A stretch of 64,000 bases of DNA. Origin: Leucoraja ocellata (Eukaryota). Positions 51,086 through 63,019 of this stretch are shown here, piece after piece. The number at the start of each line of letters is the position of its first letter. Position 1 is the stretch's first letter. The notes under the pieces were generated by a model. The model was not told the DNA's origin. It searched no databases and saw nothing but the letters and a program-made list of their open reading frames with translations. The position numbers and the translations under genes were made by a program. The DNA is taken from the NCBI GenBank assembly GCA_036785375.1, contig JAWMAR010000430.1:496001-560000 (forward strand), read 5' to 3'.

Positions 51086-51550
51086 AGGGCCTGTCCCATG
51101 AGCATGCGACTGCATGGGGCGAGCGCGACCAAACCGGAAGCGGGGGCCGCGCGGAGGTCGAGTGATCCCCGTACAGGGCCTGTTCCACCAGCATGCGTCT
51201 GCATGCGGCAAGCACGACCAAACCGGAAGCGGAGGTCGAGTGATCCCGTACGAGTTGACATAAAGTTCGAGCGAAGGCTGCGGGAAGTTCGTGCGTGACG
51301 TTCTGCGTCAAAACGCTGCGCACGCCCGTCGAGGCGGTGCGTACGGCCTCAATGCGGCTGCAGGCTGCAGGCCGTTGCTGTGCGGGATTTTTGGACAGTG
51401 TCAGTTTTTGCGATTGTCGGGACCAGCTCTGCACAACTCCATACGGCTCTGGCGATCGAATTGGGACCGGCGCCGCGAGGCTGTAGGGCTCAAGGGACCA
51501 CGTTAGGTCGCGCTTGCCGCAAGCAGTCGCATGCTCGTGGGACAGGCCCT
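51086..51550. mobile_element. Harbinger-type MITE inserted in a CR1 3' tail
   Basis: 28-bp TIR agggcctgtccca(t/c)gagcatgcgactgc with one mismatch; flanks tta/ata; CpG-rich. Confidence 0.88.
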
Positions 51551-52050
51551 ATAGGAGCAGAATTAGATCATTCGGCTCATCAAGTCTACTCGCCATTCAA
51601 TCATGACTGATCTATCTCTCCCTCCTAACCCCATTTTCCTGTCTTCTCCCCATATCCCCTGTCATCCATACTAATTAAGTATCTATCTCTGCCTTCAAAA
51701 TATCCATTGGCCTCCACAGCCTATTCCACAGATTCACCACTATCTGACTAAAGAAAATTCTCTTCATCTCCTTCCCAAATTCTTTTCATTCTGAAGCTAT
51801 GACCTCTAGACACTCCCACTAGTGGAAACATCTTCTCCACATCCACTCTATCCAAGCCTTTCACTATTCAGTACGTTTCAATGAGGTCTCCCCTCATTCT
51901 TCTAAACCAGTGAGTACAGCCCCAGTGCTGTCAGACGCTCATCATATGTTAACCCACTCATTCCTGGGATCATTCTTGTAAACCTCTGGACTCTCTCCAG
52001 AGCCAGCACATCCTTCCTCAGACATAGTGCCCAAAATTGCTCATAATACT
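51551..52050 (-). mobile_element. CR1 3' fragment
   Basis: Reverse complement of the sequence type seen at 28080-28580. Confidence 0.88.
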
Positions 52051-52387
52051 ACCAGCTGTTCCCCCAGCTGTGCCAGTGCTATGTGTATAATGGCAGTGGC
52101 TTCAGTGAGCAATGAGTGTAATGCCACATCATGAGAAATCACAATGAAGCATTAGAATGTTCCAGGGGCACATTTAACTGGTTATTTAAGAACACTGCTC
52201 TTTCTCCATGAACTTGCATTCACAGCTTAATAGGTGTCTTATTACCCAAGCATAGTTGTAAATGCAAAATATTTAAGCCAGATATGCTGGTGACATTTCT
52301 CCACTTTCTCCATATTTTTCCATGTGATAGCAATGTTATATTGTGTGCTCGAAACCAGTGATCCACAAGAGTTATGCGCAGTTACGC

Positions 52388-52687
52388 AGTTTAGAGATAC
52401 AACACGGAAACAAGCCCTTCGGCCCTCCGCGTCCATGCCCACCAACAATCCCCGCATATTAACACTATATGACACACACTAGGGACAATCTTTACATTGA
52501 CCAAGCCAATTTACTTACACACCTGTACGCCTTTGGAGTGTGTGAGGAAACCGAAGATCTCGGGGGAAACCCCACGCATCGTGGGGAGAACATACAGGCA
52601 GCACCCGTAGTCGAGATCAAACCTGGGTCTCCGGCGCTACAAGTGCTGTAAGGCAACAACTCAACCGCTGCACCAACGTGCCGCCCA
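52388..52687 (-). mobile_element. HE1/V-SINE-like SINE
   Basis: Minus strand gggcggcacgttggtgcagcggttgagttgttgccttacagc...ggagacccaggtttgatctcgactacgggtgctg. Confidence 0.85.
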
Positions 52688-54169
52688 AATATTTTTAGCG
52701 CAAAAACAGTAACCCCACCACCACAAATTTTGTAGTAGAATATCCCGCATTTGGGGACATTGCAGGCATCAGCACAACCGAAGTGCAATGGGATAGCCTC
52801 ATCCTGGGAGATCGGCCATCATGACCACTGATTCTCCCCATGCCAGGTAAGAATTTGAGTTGAAGGCTCCAACATCCTAGTACAGGCTACTACAACAATG
52901 ACATTCTCCGTGCATTCCAGATTTCTTTAGAAATGGACGATGCCTATAAAGCAGACCATGGGAGTTCACACAGCCATAATAAAATGGATCAAACATCATA
53001 TAGCTACAGCAGTAACCACCATCACCACTTTCAGAAGGCTGTGGATGCATGTATTAAAATGAAGTAAAATTACAAGTTTGATAGGATAAGTAAAGTCAGG
53101 TGAGTGTATGAGGACAAACAACTTGAGTTATATGAGTCATGAAATAAGTGAATAGTTGAGCAGGTGTAAGGAACCAAATGGCCTCAACCTGTTCCCTTGG
53201 AGACTTTTGCTTTTGCTTCACTGAGGTCGTACAAATGAGTTTACTTCCAAATTGTCATCTGCCATCACATCTTCTCTGGGAAACGGCACTTTAACTGCCA
53301 CCAAGCTAATATCCATATATTTGTTTCCCTGACTTGAAAATTTGAATTGTCTTGGAGAAAATGAGAAAATCAAATGGGATTGTCAGCTCTCTTTAGTCTG
53401 AAGAAAACAGAATCCAAATGCTGGAGGCAAAACTAATCATCTACATATAGAGGCATTACTGTGCCTATGTGCTGAGCTCTAAGAAGCATTAACTCGATCT
53501 GAACAATAGCTATAAGAAAATGATTCACCCACTCACTTTTATGTACAATGGTGGCTCTATACTAGCATTCTTAGCATGAAAATATACATTGACACTTAGC
53601 CAATTTTTTTAAAGATCCATTGAGCTAGTGAAGGGGCCTTTTTTTATTAATGGATTTAACAATTCAATTTAATTTCTGGGTAATTGTGTTGTTACATTAT
53701 GTAGTTGGTAATATATTCATAGATCGTTCACATAATGTGCAGTATATATACAACATTCTCGTATTATGGTAATAATGTTGAATGACTGTCATATAGCCCA
53801 GGCATGTGTTGCGAGTAGCGATTGCACTTCCATTCTTTAGTACTTTTGATCTGCTTTATTGCAGCAGTGTGAACTCCCTTTGTAGGAATGGTCCATTGCT
53901 AATGGTGCCTGGTTGTATGAAGAATCCCATCACTCTGCATAAATCCATGATGTTGAAGATGTTCTCTTTATTTATAAATTCAAGTTTAATGGGCTGTAAG
54001 TAAGGTAATTTGAGTCACCGGCTGGCTGTGCAACATAATTATGATTTCACCATGTTACACATTGTCAATAATTTCAAAGCAATACATTTGACTTACTAGA
54101 AAGTATTTTCTGGGTAGGTGATGGATTATTTGCCTGGGGTAGCAAGTGTTTGAATTACTCTTGTTATAA

Positions 54170-55445
54170 TTAGGGATAGCCAGAACGGCTTTGTACGTGG
54201 CAGATCATGTATCACTAACTTGATTGAGTTTCTTGAGGAGGCGACAAAGAGATTGATGAAGGAAGGGCCTTGGATGTTGTATACATGGATTTTAGCAAGG
54301 TTTTTGATGAGGCCCTTTATGGAAGGCTGATCCAGAAGATTAAGATGTATGGATTTTGTGATGACTTGGTCGTATGGATTCAGAACCAGCTTATTCATAG
54401 AAGACAGAGGGTTGTGGTGGGACGTAGATCGTCTGGCTGGAGGTCTGTGACCAATGGAGTTCCACAGAGATCTGTGCTGGGACCTCTGCTATTTGTCATA
54501 TATATAAATGACCATGATGTAAATGTAGATGGGTTGGTGAGTACGTTTGCTGATGACATCAAAATAGGAGGAGTTGCAGACAGTGAGGAAGGCTGTCAGA
54601 AGATACTGCAGGATATAGATTAGCTACATAAATGGGTGGAGAAATGGCAGATAGTTTAACCTGAGTGAGATGTTGCACATTGGGAGGTTGAATGTAAGGA
54701 GAGAGTATACAGTTAATGGCAAGACCCTTAACTACACTGATGTGAAGAGGGATCTTGGAGGCCAAGTTCGTGGCTCATTAAAGGTGGCAGCACAAGTAGA
54801 CAGTGTGGTAAAGGAGGCATATTGTATGCTTGACTTCATTCCTAGGGCCACTGAATATAAGGGTCAGGAAGTCATAACTATAGGACTTTGGTGAAGCCTC
54901 ATTTGGAATATTGCATGCAGTTCAGGTCACACTGTTACATGAAAGATGTGGAAACTTTGGAGAGGGTGCAGAGGAGGTTACCAGAATACAACCTGCATTA
55001 GAGGGTTTCAGCTATAGGAGGAGGTTGGATAGACTTGGATTGTTTTCTTTGTAGTGCCGAAGGTTGAGGGGAGATTTGATAGAAGTATATAAAGTTATGA
55101 GAAGCAAAGATAAGGTAGACAGTCAGAATCTTTTTCCCAGGTTGGAAATGTCCTAATCTAGAAGGTAAAGTTATAGGATGACAAGGGGAAATGTTAATGG
55201 TGCAGGACAAGGTTTTTTACTCAGATGGTGGTGGGGGCTGGGATGCATTGCCGGGGGTGGTGGTGGAGGCAGATATGATAGTGGCATTTAAGAGGCTTTT
55301 AGAAAAGCATATGGAAGTGCAGGGAATAGATGGATATGGCCCTTGTTTAGGAAAATTTGAGCAGTTCAGTGAGTCATCATTTTCAGCACAAACACTGTGG
55401 GTCGAAGGGCTTGTACCTGTGCTATACTGTTCCAGGTTCTATGTT
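54170..55445 (+). mobile_element. CR1 LINE 3' portion, decayed
   Basis: DVVYMDFSKVFD, GVPQRSVLGPLLF and FADD; frameshifted. Confidence 0.92.
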
Positions 55446-55521
55446 TTATAACGGTACCCAGACTGTTATACCTCTGCTGTCGCCTTCTCGTTGACATATG
55501 ATGGCAAGGATTTGGAAGAGG

Positions 55522-56476
55522 GAATGATTTGGAAGAGGGAAATAGGAGGAACATTAGCAAGTTGGCGGATGACACAAAGCTGGCTGGCAGTGTGAACTGT
55601 GAAGAGGATGTTAGGAGGATGCAGGGTGACCTGGACAGGTTGAGTGGCAGATGCAGTATAATATAGATAAATGTGAGGTTATCCACTTTGGCGGCAAAAA
55701 CAAGGGGGCAGATTATTATCTCAATGGGGTTAGGTTAGGCAAGGAGGAGGTGCAGCAAGACCTGGGTGTCCTTGTACACCAGTCACTGAAAGTTGGCGTG
55801 CAGGTACAGCAGGCAGTGAAGAAAGCTAATGGAATGTTGGCCTTCATAACAAGAGGATTTCAGTATAGGAGTAAAGAGGTTCTTCTGCAGTTGTATAGGG
55901 CTCTGGTGAGACCACATCTGGAGTATTGTGTCCAGTTTTGGTCTCCAAATTTGAGGAAGGACATCCTTGTGATTGAGGCAGTGCAGCGTAGGTTCACGAG
56001 ATTGATCCCTGGGATGGTGGGACTGTCATATGAGGAAAGATTGAAAAGACTAGGCTTGTATTCACTGGAGTTTAGAAGAATGAGGGGGGATCTTATAGAA
56101 ACATATAAAATTATAAATGGACTGGACAAGCTAGATGCAGGAAAAATGTTCCCAATGTTCGACGAGTCCAGAACCAGGGGCCACAGTCTTAGAATAAAGG
56201 GGAAGCCATTTAAGACTGAGGTGAGAAAAACCGTTTTCACCCCGAGAGTTGTGAATTTGTGGAATTCCCTGCCACAGAGGGCAGTGGAGGCCAAGTCACT
56301 GGATGGTTTTAAGAGAGCGTTAGATGGAGCTCTAGTGGCTAGTGGAATTAAGGGATATAGGGAGAAGGCAGGCACGGGTTATTGATTGGGGACGATCAGC
56401 CATGATCACAATGAATGGCGGTGCTGGCTCGAGGGGCTGAATGGCCTCCTCCTGCACCTATTTTCAATGTTTCTAT
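55522..56476 (+). mobile_element. CR1 LINE 3' fragment, well preserved
   Basis: 244-aa open frame to the natural stop ...EKAGTGY*, then 3'UTR and tail. Confidence 0.95.
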
Positions 56477-56896
56477 TTCAGTTGTGGCATTCCACCAGAT
56501 CAACTAAAGAACAGCATGAATCCAATCAATATTGTAATAAAAGGGTTTTGGACTTGAAACACTAACAATGTTACTTTTTCAACATATGCTGTTTGATCTG
56601 CTGTGAGTTTTATTGCTGAACATGATGTTTTTAGGTCACATTTCCAACATTTGCATTTTTTATAAATGTTAAATCCATAGATGTTTGGCCAATTGAGTAT
56701 CAACGTGTGGCTATCCAACATTGACAATCCTGTTCTTAACATAACTAGTGCTTTAGTATTGTTGGTAGGGGATAAAAGGAACCAAGAAGTTGCACGTAAG
56801 CACTTTTCAAAGGTACATCTGTGGAGACTTACTGCATTGAAACAGAAAAGTACTACGTGTAAGTTATAGATAATCTGGTGTTTGGAATTCTCAGTT

Positions 56897-57217
56897 GTTT
56901 AGTTTAGTTTAATTTAGTTTAGAAATACAGGATGGAAACAGGCCCTTTGGCCCACCAAGACCACGACAACCAGCGATCCTTGTACACTAGCACTATCCTA
57001 CACATTAGAGACAATTTACAATCTTTATCGAAGCCAATTAAACTACTAATCTGTACATCTTTGGAGTGTGGGAGGAAACTGGAGCACCCGGAGAAAACCC
57101 ACATAGGTCATGGGGAGAATGTACAAACTCTGTACAGACAGCACCCGTAGTCAGGATTGAACCCGGGTCTCTGGCGCAGTAAGGCAGCAGCTCTAATGTT
57201 GCGCCATTGTGCCGCCC
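56897..57217 (-). mobile_element. HE1/V-SINE-like SINE, full length
   Basis: 5' gggcggcacaatggcgcaac (A box), gggttcaatcc (B box), V-like core, CR1-type 3' end gggcctgtttcc and (ctaaa)n tail. Confidence 0.88.
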
Positions 57218-58074
57218 TGTCTGACTACGTCTGAAGATCCTTCAGGACAAATAAATCAGAATTTGTTCTCAGGATGTTCTGCACAATATGGCATAACAAT
57301 GAGGATTAGGAATGGAGGATCACTAAGACCCATGTACTCTCTCCATCTGATGTAGATTCAAAGTTAAAGAACAGAAGGACAACAAGGCCAGATGGACCTC
57401 TACCTGCAGACCACTTCACATTCCCAATGTTGCCAGAGATACCTTCATGACTCAAAACTTTAGTTATTGCTGGCTTTGACCAAAGTAGCTTTCGCATCTG
57501 TCTCCTGTTCCTCAGCCCCATGGATACAAAGCAGCAATGCACCAGGTTTGGGAACCATTGGGCCTCATAGTTCAAGTCCTTGAGTTCATCAGCAGGCAAC
57601 TTAAAACTCAGCAGAGAAGAATGGTGTCTAGAAGTGAGTGATGTAAGCAAATTCACTTAATGGTCATAAATAAGTAAATGAAACATAATGGGTTGAACCT
57701 TCCTCCAAAGAGTAGCAAGGTTTGTGCATTACTGTTGGAACTTACATAATCTTGCATAAGCATGGGAGTCCCTCTTAAGCATGTGTAAGCCCTGAAATCC
57801 TGTGTTTCCTGAGAGCTGATCACTGCTGACAGGTCTGATGCTGGCTACTTCATGAACTCCACAGTTTCCCAGTATTGTGGTGGAAAATCTGCCCACTGCT
57901 CCTGCAAAGGGCCAGGAATGGCTATCAGGAATGACAGGTCAGGAATGGCTATCAGGGTGCAAGGTCAGGTATTTGTGGGACTTTTGGCTAAATTCGGTTT
58001 TTCATAAATATATTTAATGTTTTCAGTTATTATTTTTTTAAATAATAAGTAAAAAATGTTTAATTCCATACTTT

Positions 58075-58330
58075 AGTAATTCAATTCAATTTAATTAAAT
58101 GATACTTTGAAGTCACGTGAACTTAGGAACAGTGAAATGCTTTGTTTTGCTTACAACCCGGTAAAATCATACAGCAGACCTCACCTAGGCGGTAGATAAG
58201 AGTCGCCACGTTTCTGGGGCGACAAAGTTATAAAAAGTTGATTGAACAGTTTTATGTTCTGCTGGCAGTGGCGAACCAGGCCGTCCCCCCTCACCCCACC
58301 GCTTCCCTTCATTCACAGCGGTCTGGCCTG
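58075..58330 (-). mobile_element. Non-coding retroposon, same family as 44050-44545
   Basis: Shared agtgaaa..tttgttttgc and aagagtcgccacgttt; (aattc)n tail. Confidence 0.5.
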
Positions 58331-58794
58331 TAAGTGACAAAGTGACGATGACAAACATTCAAACTCTTGACAGCCCTTCCAAGTTGGTTCAGCTGGGACA
58401 TGGTTTCACTGGTCGTTAAAGAAATTCTATGTCGGCTGCCATTTCTGATTGATGCACTCTGTGCTTCATTGAATCTCACTGATCAGCCTGGAGCTTGCTT
58501 AACCTGAAGAAGTTGACACTTGGTGCAGGAGTAATCAGCAAGCAACTGGCAGGTGTAAACAACCCGTTGTTCTGTGGATGAAACTACAGGGCAACCACAC
58601 GTACTCATAGAGACCCACGTGAGGATCCATCTCCCTTTGATCTTAAGTGTTGTAAAATCTACGGCTTCAGTAGGATTACAGACAGGCTGACCCTTAGGTA
58701 CATTCAGCCAAAGATCTTTGAGTGCTGGTGTTCATGAGGATCCCAATACAAACGCAACACTTCTGTTGGTTCATAGAGAAGTTTGTCCATAGTG

Positions 58795-59005
58795 CTACTA
58801 TCTACTTCGTCAGAAACCGTTGGCCTATCTTTGATTGGACTTTACAGGATTTTATCTTGCACTAAAACTTATTCACGTTATTCCCTTTATCATGTATTGG
58901 TGTACTGTGGATGGCTCGATTGTAATCATGTATTGTCTTTCTGCTGACTGGTCAGTACACAACAGAAGCTTTTCACTGTACCTCGGTACACGTGACAATA
59001 AACGA
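58795..59005 (+). mobile_element. Rex-like LINE 3'UTR fragment
   Basis: Reverse complement of 37365-37570. Confidence 0.8.
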
Positions 59006-59819
59006 AACAGAAGAAGACCATCAGAACAGTAGGCAGCGTAACAGGCAGTTGAGAGGTTGGAGTTCTTTGAGTGGAGTTTCCATTTTCCCAACATCTTTCC
59101 ACACCAGCTATCTCTTGGCCAAGTGGTACACTACTTTATCTCAGTAGGGAACTCATATGGCATGGATCAGGCTGGCTTGGATGATGGTAATGATTATGTA
59201 CATAAAGATGTTATCCTATTTAAAATAGCATAAATCAACAGTTTAAATGACTATTGTTAAGGTCAGTATAGAATACCCCAAATAAAGATCCACTGAGGAT
59301 GATTCCTGCATTAATTGGTACTATTAATACACTCCTCAATGCTTTTGCAAATAGTGCACAGCACATTTGTAAGTACTATCTCTCTATTACGTCCTTTTTT
59401 ATTAAGGGTCTTTGGGATTCACCATCTACGTGCCTCAAAGCAGAGTTTAGAGGGGGACCTGCACAACAGTGGCCACTCTCCATAGTGGCCACTGCTCTGT
59501 TACCACGCACTGTTCTGCTCACTTGTGATTCACCAGGTATGAACACATCAGACATACCCACTGGTGCTCACACCTTTGTTAGTGTCAGGTTGGCAGCATC
59601 CTGTGATGATGCACCTTTTGAAGCAATGAGTTCATCTGAGAAAGTTCGTCATCTCTGGGCAGGGGCTACTCATCCTTGCACATTTGCCCTGTTGGAGAGA
59701 TGCAACAGGTATGATTAATCATTGGAACATAAAGATGTAGCAAATCATCATGATTAAGGTGGTAGTATTTTAAGTTGTGCTGATTTTCGGTTAAGTTAAC
59801 TTTGTCTTATTGTTGCAAA

Positions 59820-60215
59820 AAACAAGCTGCTGGAGGAATTCAGCAGTCCAGGCACCATCCGTTGAAGTGGACAGTAAATGGAAGGTCGGCGTTTTAGGTC
59901 AGGACGCTTATTCAAGAATCACTTGAGACCAGACACAAAAAGCTGGAGTAACTCAATGGGACAGGCACCATCTCTGGAGAAAAGTAATGGGTGATGTTTC
60001 GGGTCGAGATCCTCATCACCCATTCTTTCTCTCCAGAGATGCTGCCTGCGTTACTCCAGCTTTTTGTGTCTATCTTCAGTTTAAACTAACATCTGCAGTT
60101 CCTTCCTACGCATTCACCCAAGACCAATCATTTCCTTCCACAGACGCCGCTTGACCCATTGAGGTCCTCCAGCATCTTGCTTTTTGCTCATGAATCTAGC
60201 ACCTGCAGTCTCTTC
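59820..60215. mobile_element. Nested fold-back Penelope-like terminal fragments
   Basis: Inner hairpin of about 59931-60110 (agacacaaaaagctggagtaac ... gttactccagctttttgtgtct) inside an older outer inverted pair. Confidence 0.8.
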
Positions 60216-60404
60216 TGTCACTGTTGTGATTTTGGAGATATGAGTTGCAGAAACTATGTTTATCACCCCGCAACAATGAAGTCTCCATGAGTTAAAGATC
60301 TCGAACAGTACCAGGTCCACTTAAAAATGAGGAGCCAACCTGGAAAAACTGAAACAAATGACCATATGAGTGCAAAACAGCAAAAGCAGTATGTTCTAGC
60401 CAAA

Positions 60405-60503
60405 GGTAGACAAAAGTGCTGGAGGAACTCAGCGGGTGAGGCAGCATCTACGGAGCGAAGGAATAGGTGACGTTTCAGGTCGAGACCCTTCTCCAGTCTG
60501 AAG
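60405..60503 (-). mobile_element. Penelope-like terminal fragment
   Basis: Minus strand ctggagaagggtctcgacctgaaacgtcacctattcc (hammerhead core with one substitution). Confidence 0.8.
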
Positions 60504-61479
60504 ACTAACACTCCTTTAACAGCAGATCTAAGTCCATAATCTCAAACAACAAAAAAGGACAAAGACAATAGAAATGCCATTATCTGTAGTTTCCATGCCA
60601 TGAAATATGTTATCTGCTTTGGAAATACATAACTGACCCTTCACCTGAATTGAGTCAAAATTCTGGACCTTCTTGCAGAATAACACTTTGGAAATACCTT
60701 TATTAAATCTGCAGATTTGAAAAAGCAACTTGCCACTATCATTTCCAGGACGTATATGGAAGGTTAGTAAATACCCGCATTATTTGTTCACTTACATCTT
60801 GTAACATGTAAAATAAATTGTCTTCAACTAAACTGAATGCCCAATAGGATCAAGGAATTCCAAAAAGTGAACGGAACTGAATTTCAGAAATCTTATTCTG
60901 CATGCAGTCACTACAATGGTGCATATTTCGAGCAAGCAACTGTGGGAATTTCTATCTTCTCATGCCTCAGAAAGTAGATTTGCCACATTCTTGAAAGCCT
61001 TTATTGAGTGTTTCTTTGACTTATGTTCCAAAGGGGTTCATTGCAAATTAATTCTGCCAACTGCAGAGATCCAATACCTATGGAGGTGTTCGACTTCAAC
61101 AAGCTTACAGCTGGCATTTAAAAAATCTAGTTTTAATTAGTAACAATCTTACCTAGAGAAACAATAAGGATAACTCTGAAGAAACAGAAATATATTGTTG
61201 TTTGTCTGCAGAGCAATGGATAACTTACATTGAGTTAACCCTGCATTATGTCAACTGGGGATTGCATGATGCTGGCTCTGATGGCAAAATGTGGATTCTA
61301 TTCCAAGACTAGTGGGCCTCACCAATTGTAAAATTAAACAATAAACAGGAATAAAATGTCAGAATAAATGGCATAAGCGGAGCATCAGTTATCCAATCCC
61401 GTCTGCTTTCCAAAATATTAGGGAAATATGAATTCCTCAATTTCACATATTGATGCTGAGCCATGAAGTTGCCTTCCCT

Positions 61480-61638
61480 TCCAGTTTTGGTCTATGTGAC
61501 TTCAGGCCCCCCAATGTGGTTGACTTTCAACTGCCCTCTGAAATTGTCAAGCAAGCCATTCAGTTCAAGGGGCAATTCTGGATGGGCAGTAAATCCTAGC
61601 CTGGTGAATTAAATTCATATCCCATGAACAAATAAAAT
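61480..61638 (+). mobile_element. Old LINE 3' end (CR1/L2 group)
   Basis: Counterpart of 36160-36340; ends atcccatgaacaaataaaa. Confidence 0.55.
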
Positions 61639-62578
61639 ACATTTAATCGTCTCCCGTTTGTCACAGTCAGCTCTTTGTTTCTGACCTCATATACCAACGT
61701 ATTTGAGACTATGAACTCAGCAGTGCAAATGAGATCAAATTGCCCTGTTACTAATTGAGTATTGGTCTAAATGTTGACACTAAGCACCTCTCCTTTAATA
61801 AACTATGCCTGTCGAGTGTAAATCTTCCCTTGCAATTCAATTTCCACGGTTGTTCTCTCAGTCATTAGTGATTTCATTAGAGTTATCGCTAAAACACTAC
61901 TGAGAAGCAGCATTGAATTATACGCATTATACATTCAAATATAAAAAAGGAATGATGTAACCAAGAAGTCTTGATGATGTGCAATATGTCAGCTAATCAT
62001 ATTCTCCACATTATAATGTCCTCACTCTCCTTCTCAGCCCACCTGATGCTGGAACCTTTTCCCATTGATTTTGTCATCTCCAGACCAATCTATATCAAGG
62101 GGTTGCTGCTGGTTAGCTTTTCTCTACCCACAGGAAACTTTAGCTGGTCACCATTCTCTTAATCATCCATTCCCCATTCTGTTCACCACCTCACTCTTTG
62201 GAAGACATCCTTAATGTCCTTAAAAATCAGCTATATTGTTAATCATTTGGCTAAGTTCTCTGCTCCCATTGCTTTATCTCTATTAAGTGGTTTCACATCT
62301 ATTTTTTTCTATTGAATATGTCATATCACTGCAAATTGTTGCTGTTACCTCACATTGAGTCATCCACTAGTTATGAAAAATATGAAATGTGACTTTAGAA
62401 GATTCATGACATGTTTGAACGTTTTGAACTGTAATCCGGATTTCAAGAAAAGGCATCTTTTTCCAAAGATCTGCACCTTTGTCTGCTATTGTTGCTGTTA
62501 TAGAATGACCAACTTGAAATGTAGATTGGAAATAACAGAAAACAAAATATTTATTTATGCACAACATGGAATTTATTA

Positions 62579-62978
62579 ATTCACTGGAATTTAGAAGGAT
62601 GAAAGGGTATCTTAAGAAACATATACAATTCTTAAATGATTGGACAGGCTAGATGCAGGAAAAAATGTTCCCGATGTTGGGGGAATCCAGAACCAGGGGG
62701 CCAGTTTAAGAATAAGGGGTAGGCCATTTTGGACTGAGATGAGGAAAAACTTCTTCACCCAGACCAGAGAGTTGTGAATCTGTGGAATTCTCTGCCACAG
62801 AAGGCAGTGGAGGCCAATTCGCTGGATGTTTTCAAGAGAGAGTTAGATTTAGCTCCTAGAGCTACAGAAATCAAGGCATATGGGGGAAAAACAGGACCAG
62901 GGTACTGATTTTAGATGATCAGCCATGATCATATTGAAAGGGCCGGGTGACCTACTCCTGCACCTATTTTTCTATGTA
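62579..62978 (+). mobile_element. CR1 3' fragment
   Basis: ttcactggaatttagaagg...ttggacaggctagatgcagg...cctactcctgcacctattt. Confidence 0.92.
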
Positions 62979-63019
62979 ATTTATTACGTTTATATTCTAA
63001 TCTTAATCATAATTATAAC

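Noticed and set aside
56897-57217. tRNA gene call for SINE heads
   Set aside because: A/B boxes belong to SINE heads followed by a V-like core and LINE tail; no full cloverleaf
57912-57969. Short tandem caggaatggctatcagg repeats
   Set aside because: Minor minisatellite-like duplication
57300-59720. Moderately GC-rich unique stretches with ORFs of 116 and 139 aa as candidate host exons
   Set aside because: No recognisable protein similarity or convincing paired splice sites; may be old TE debris
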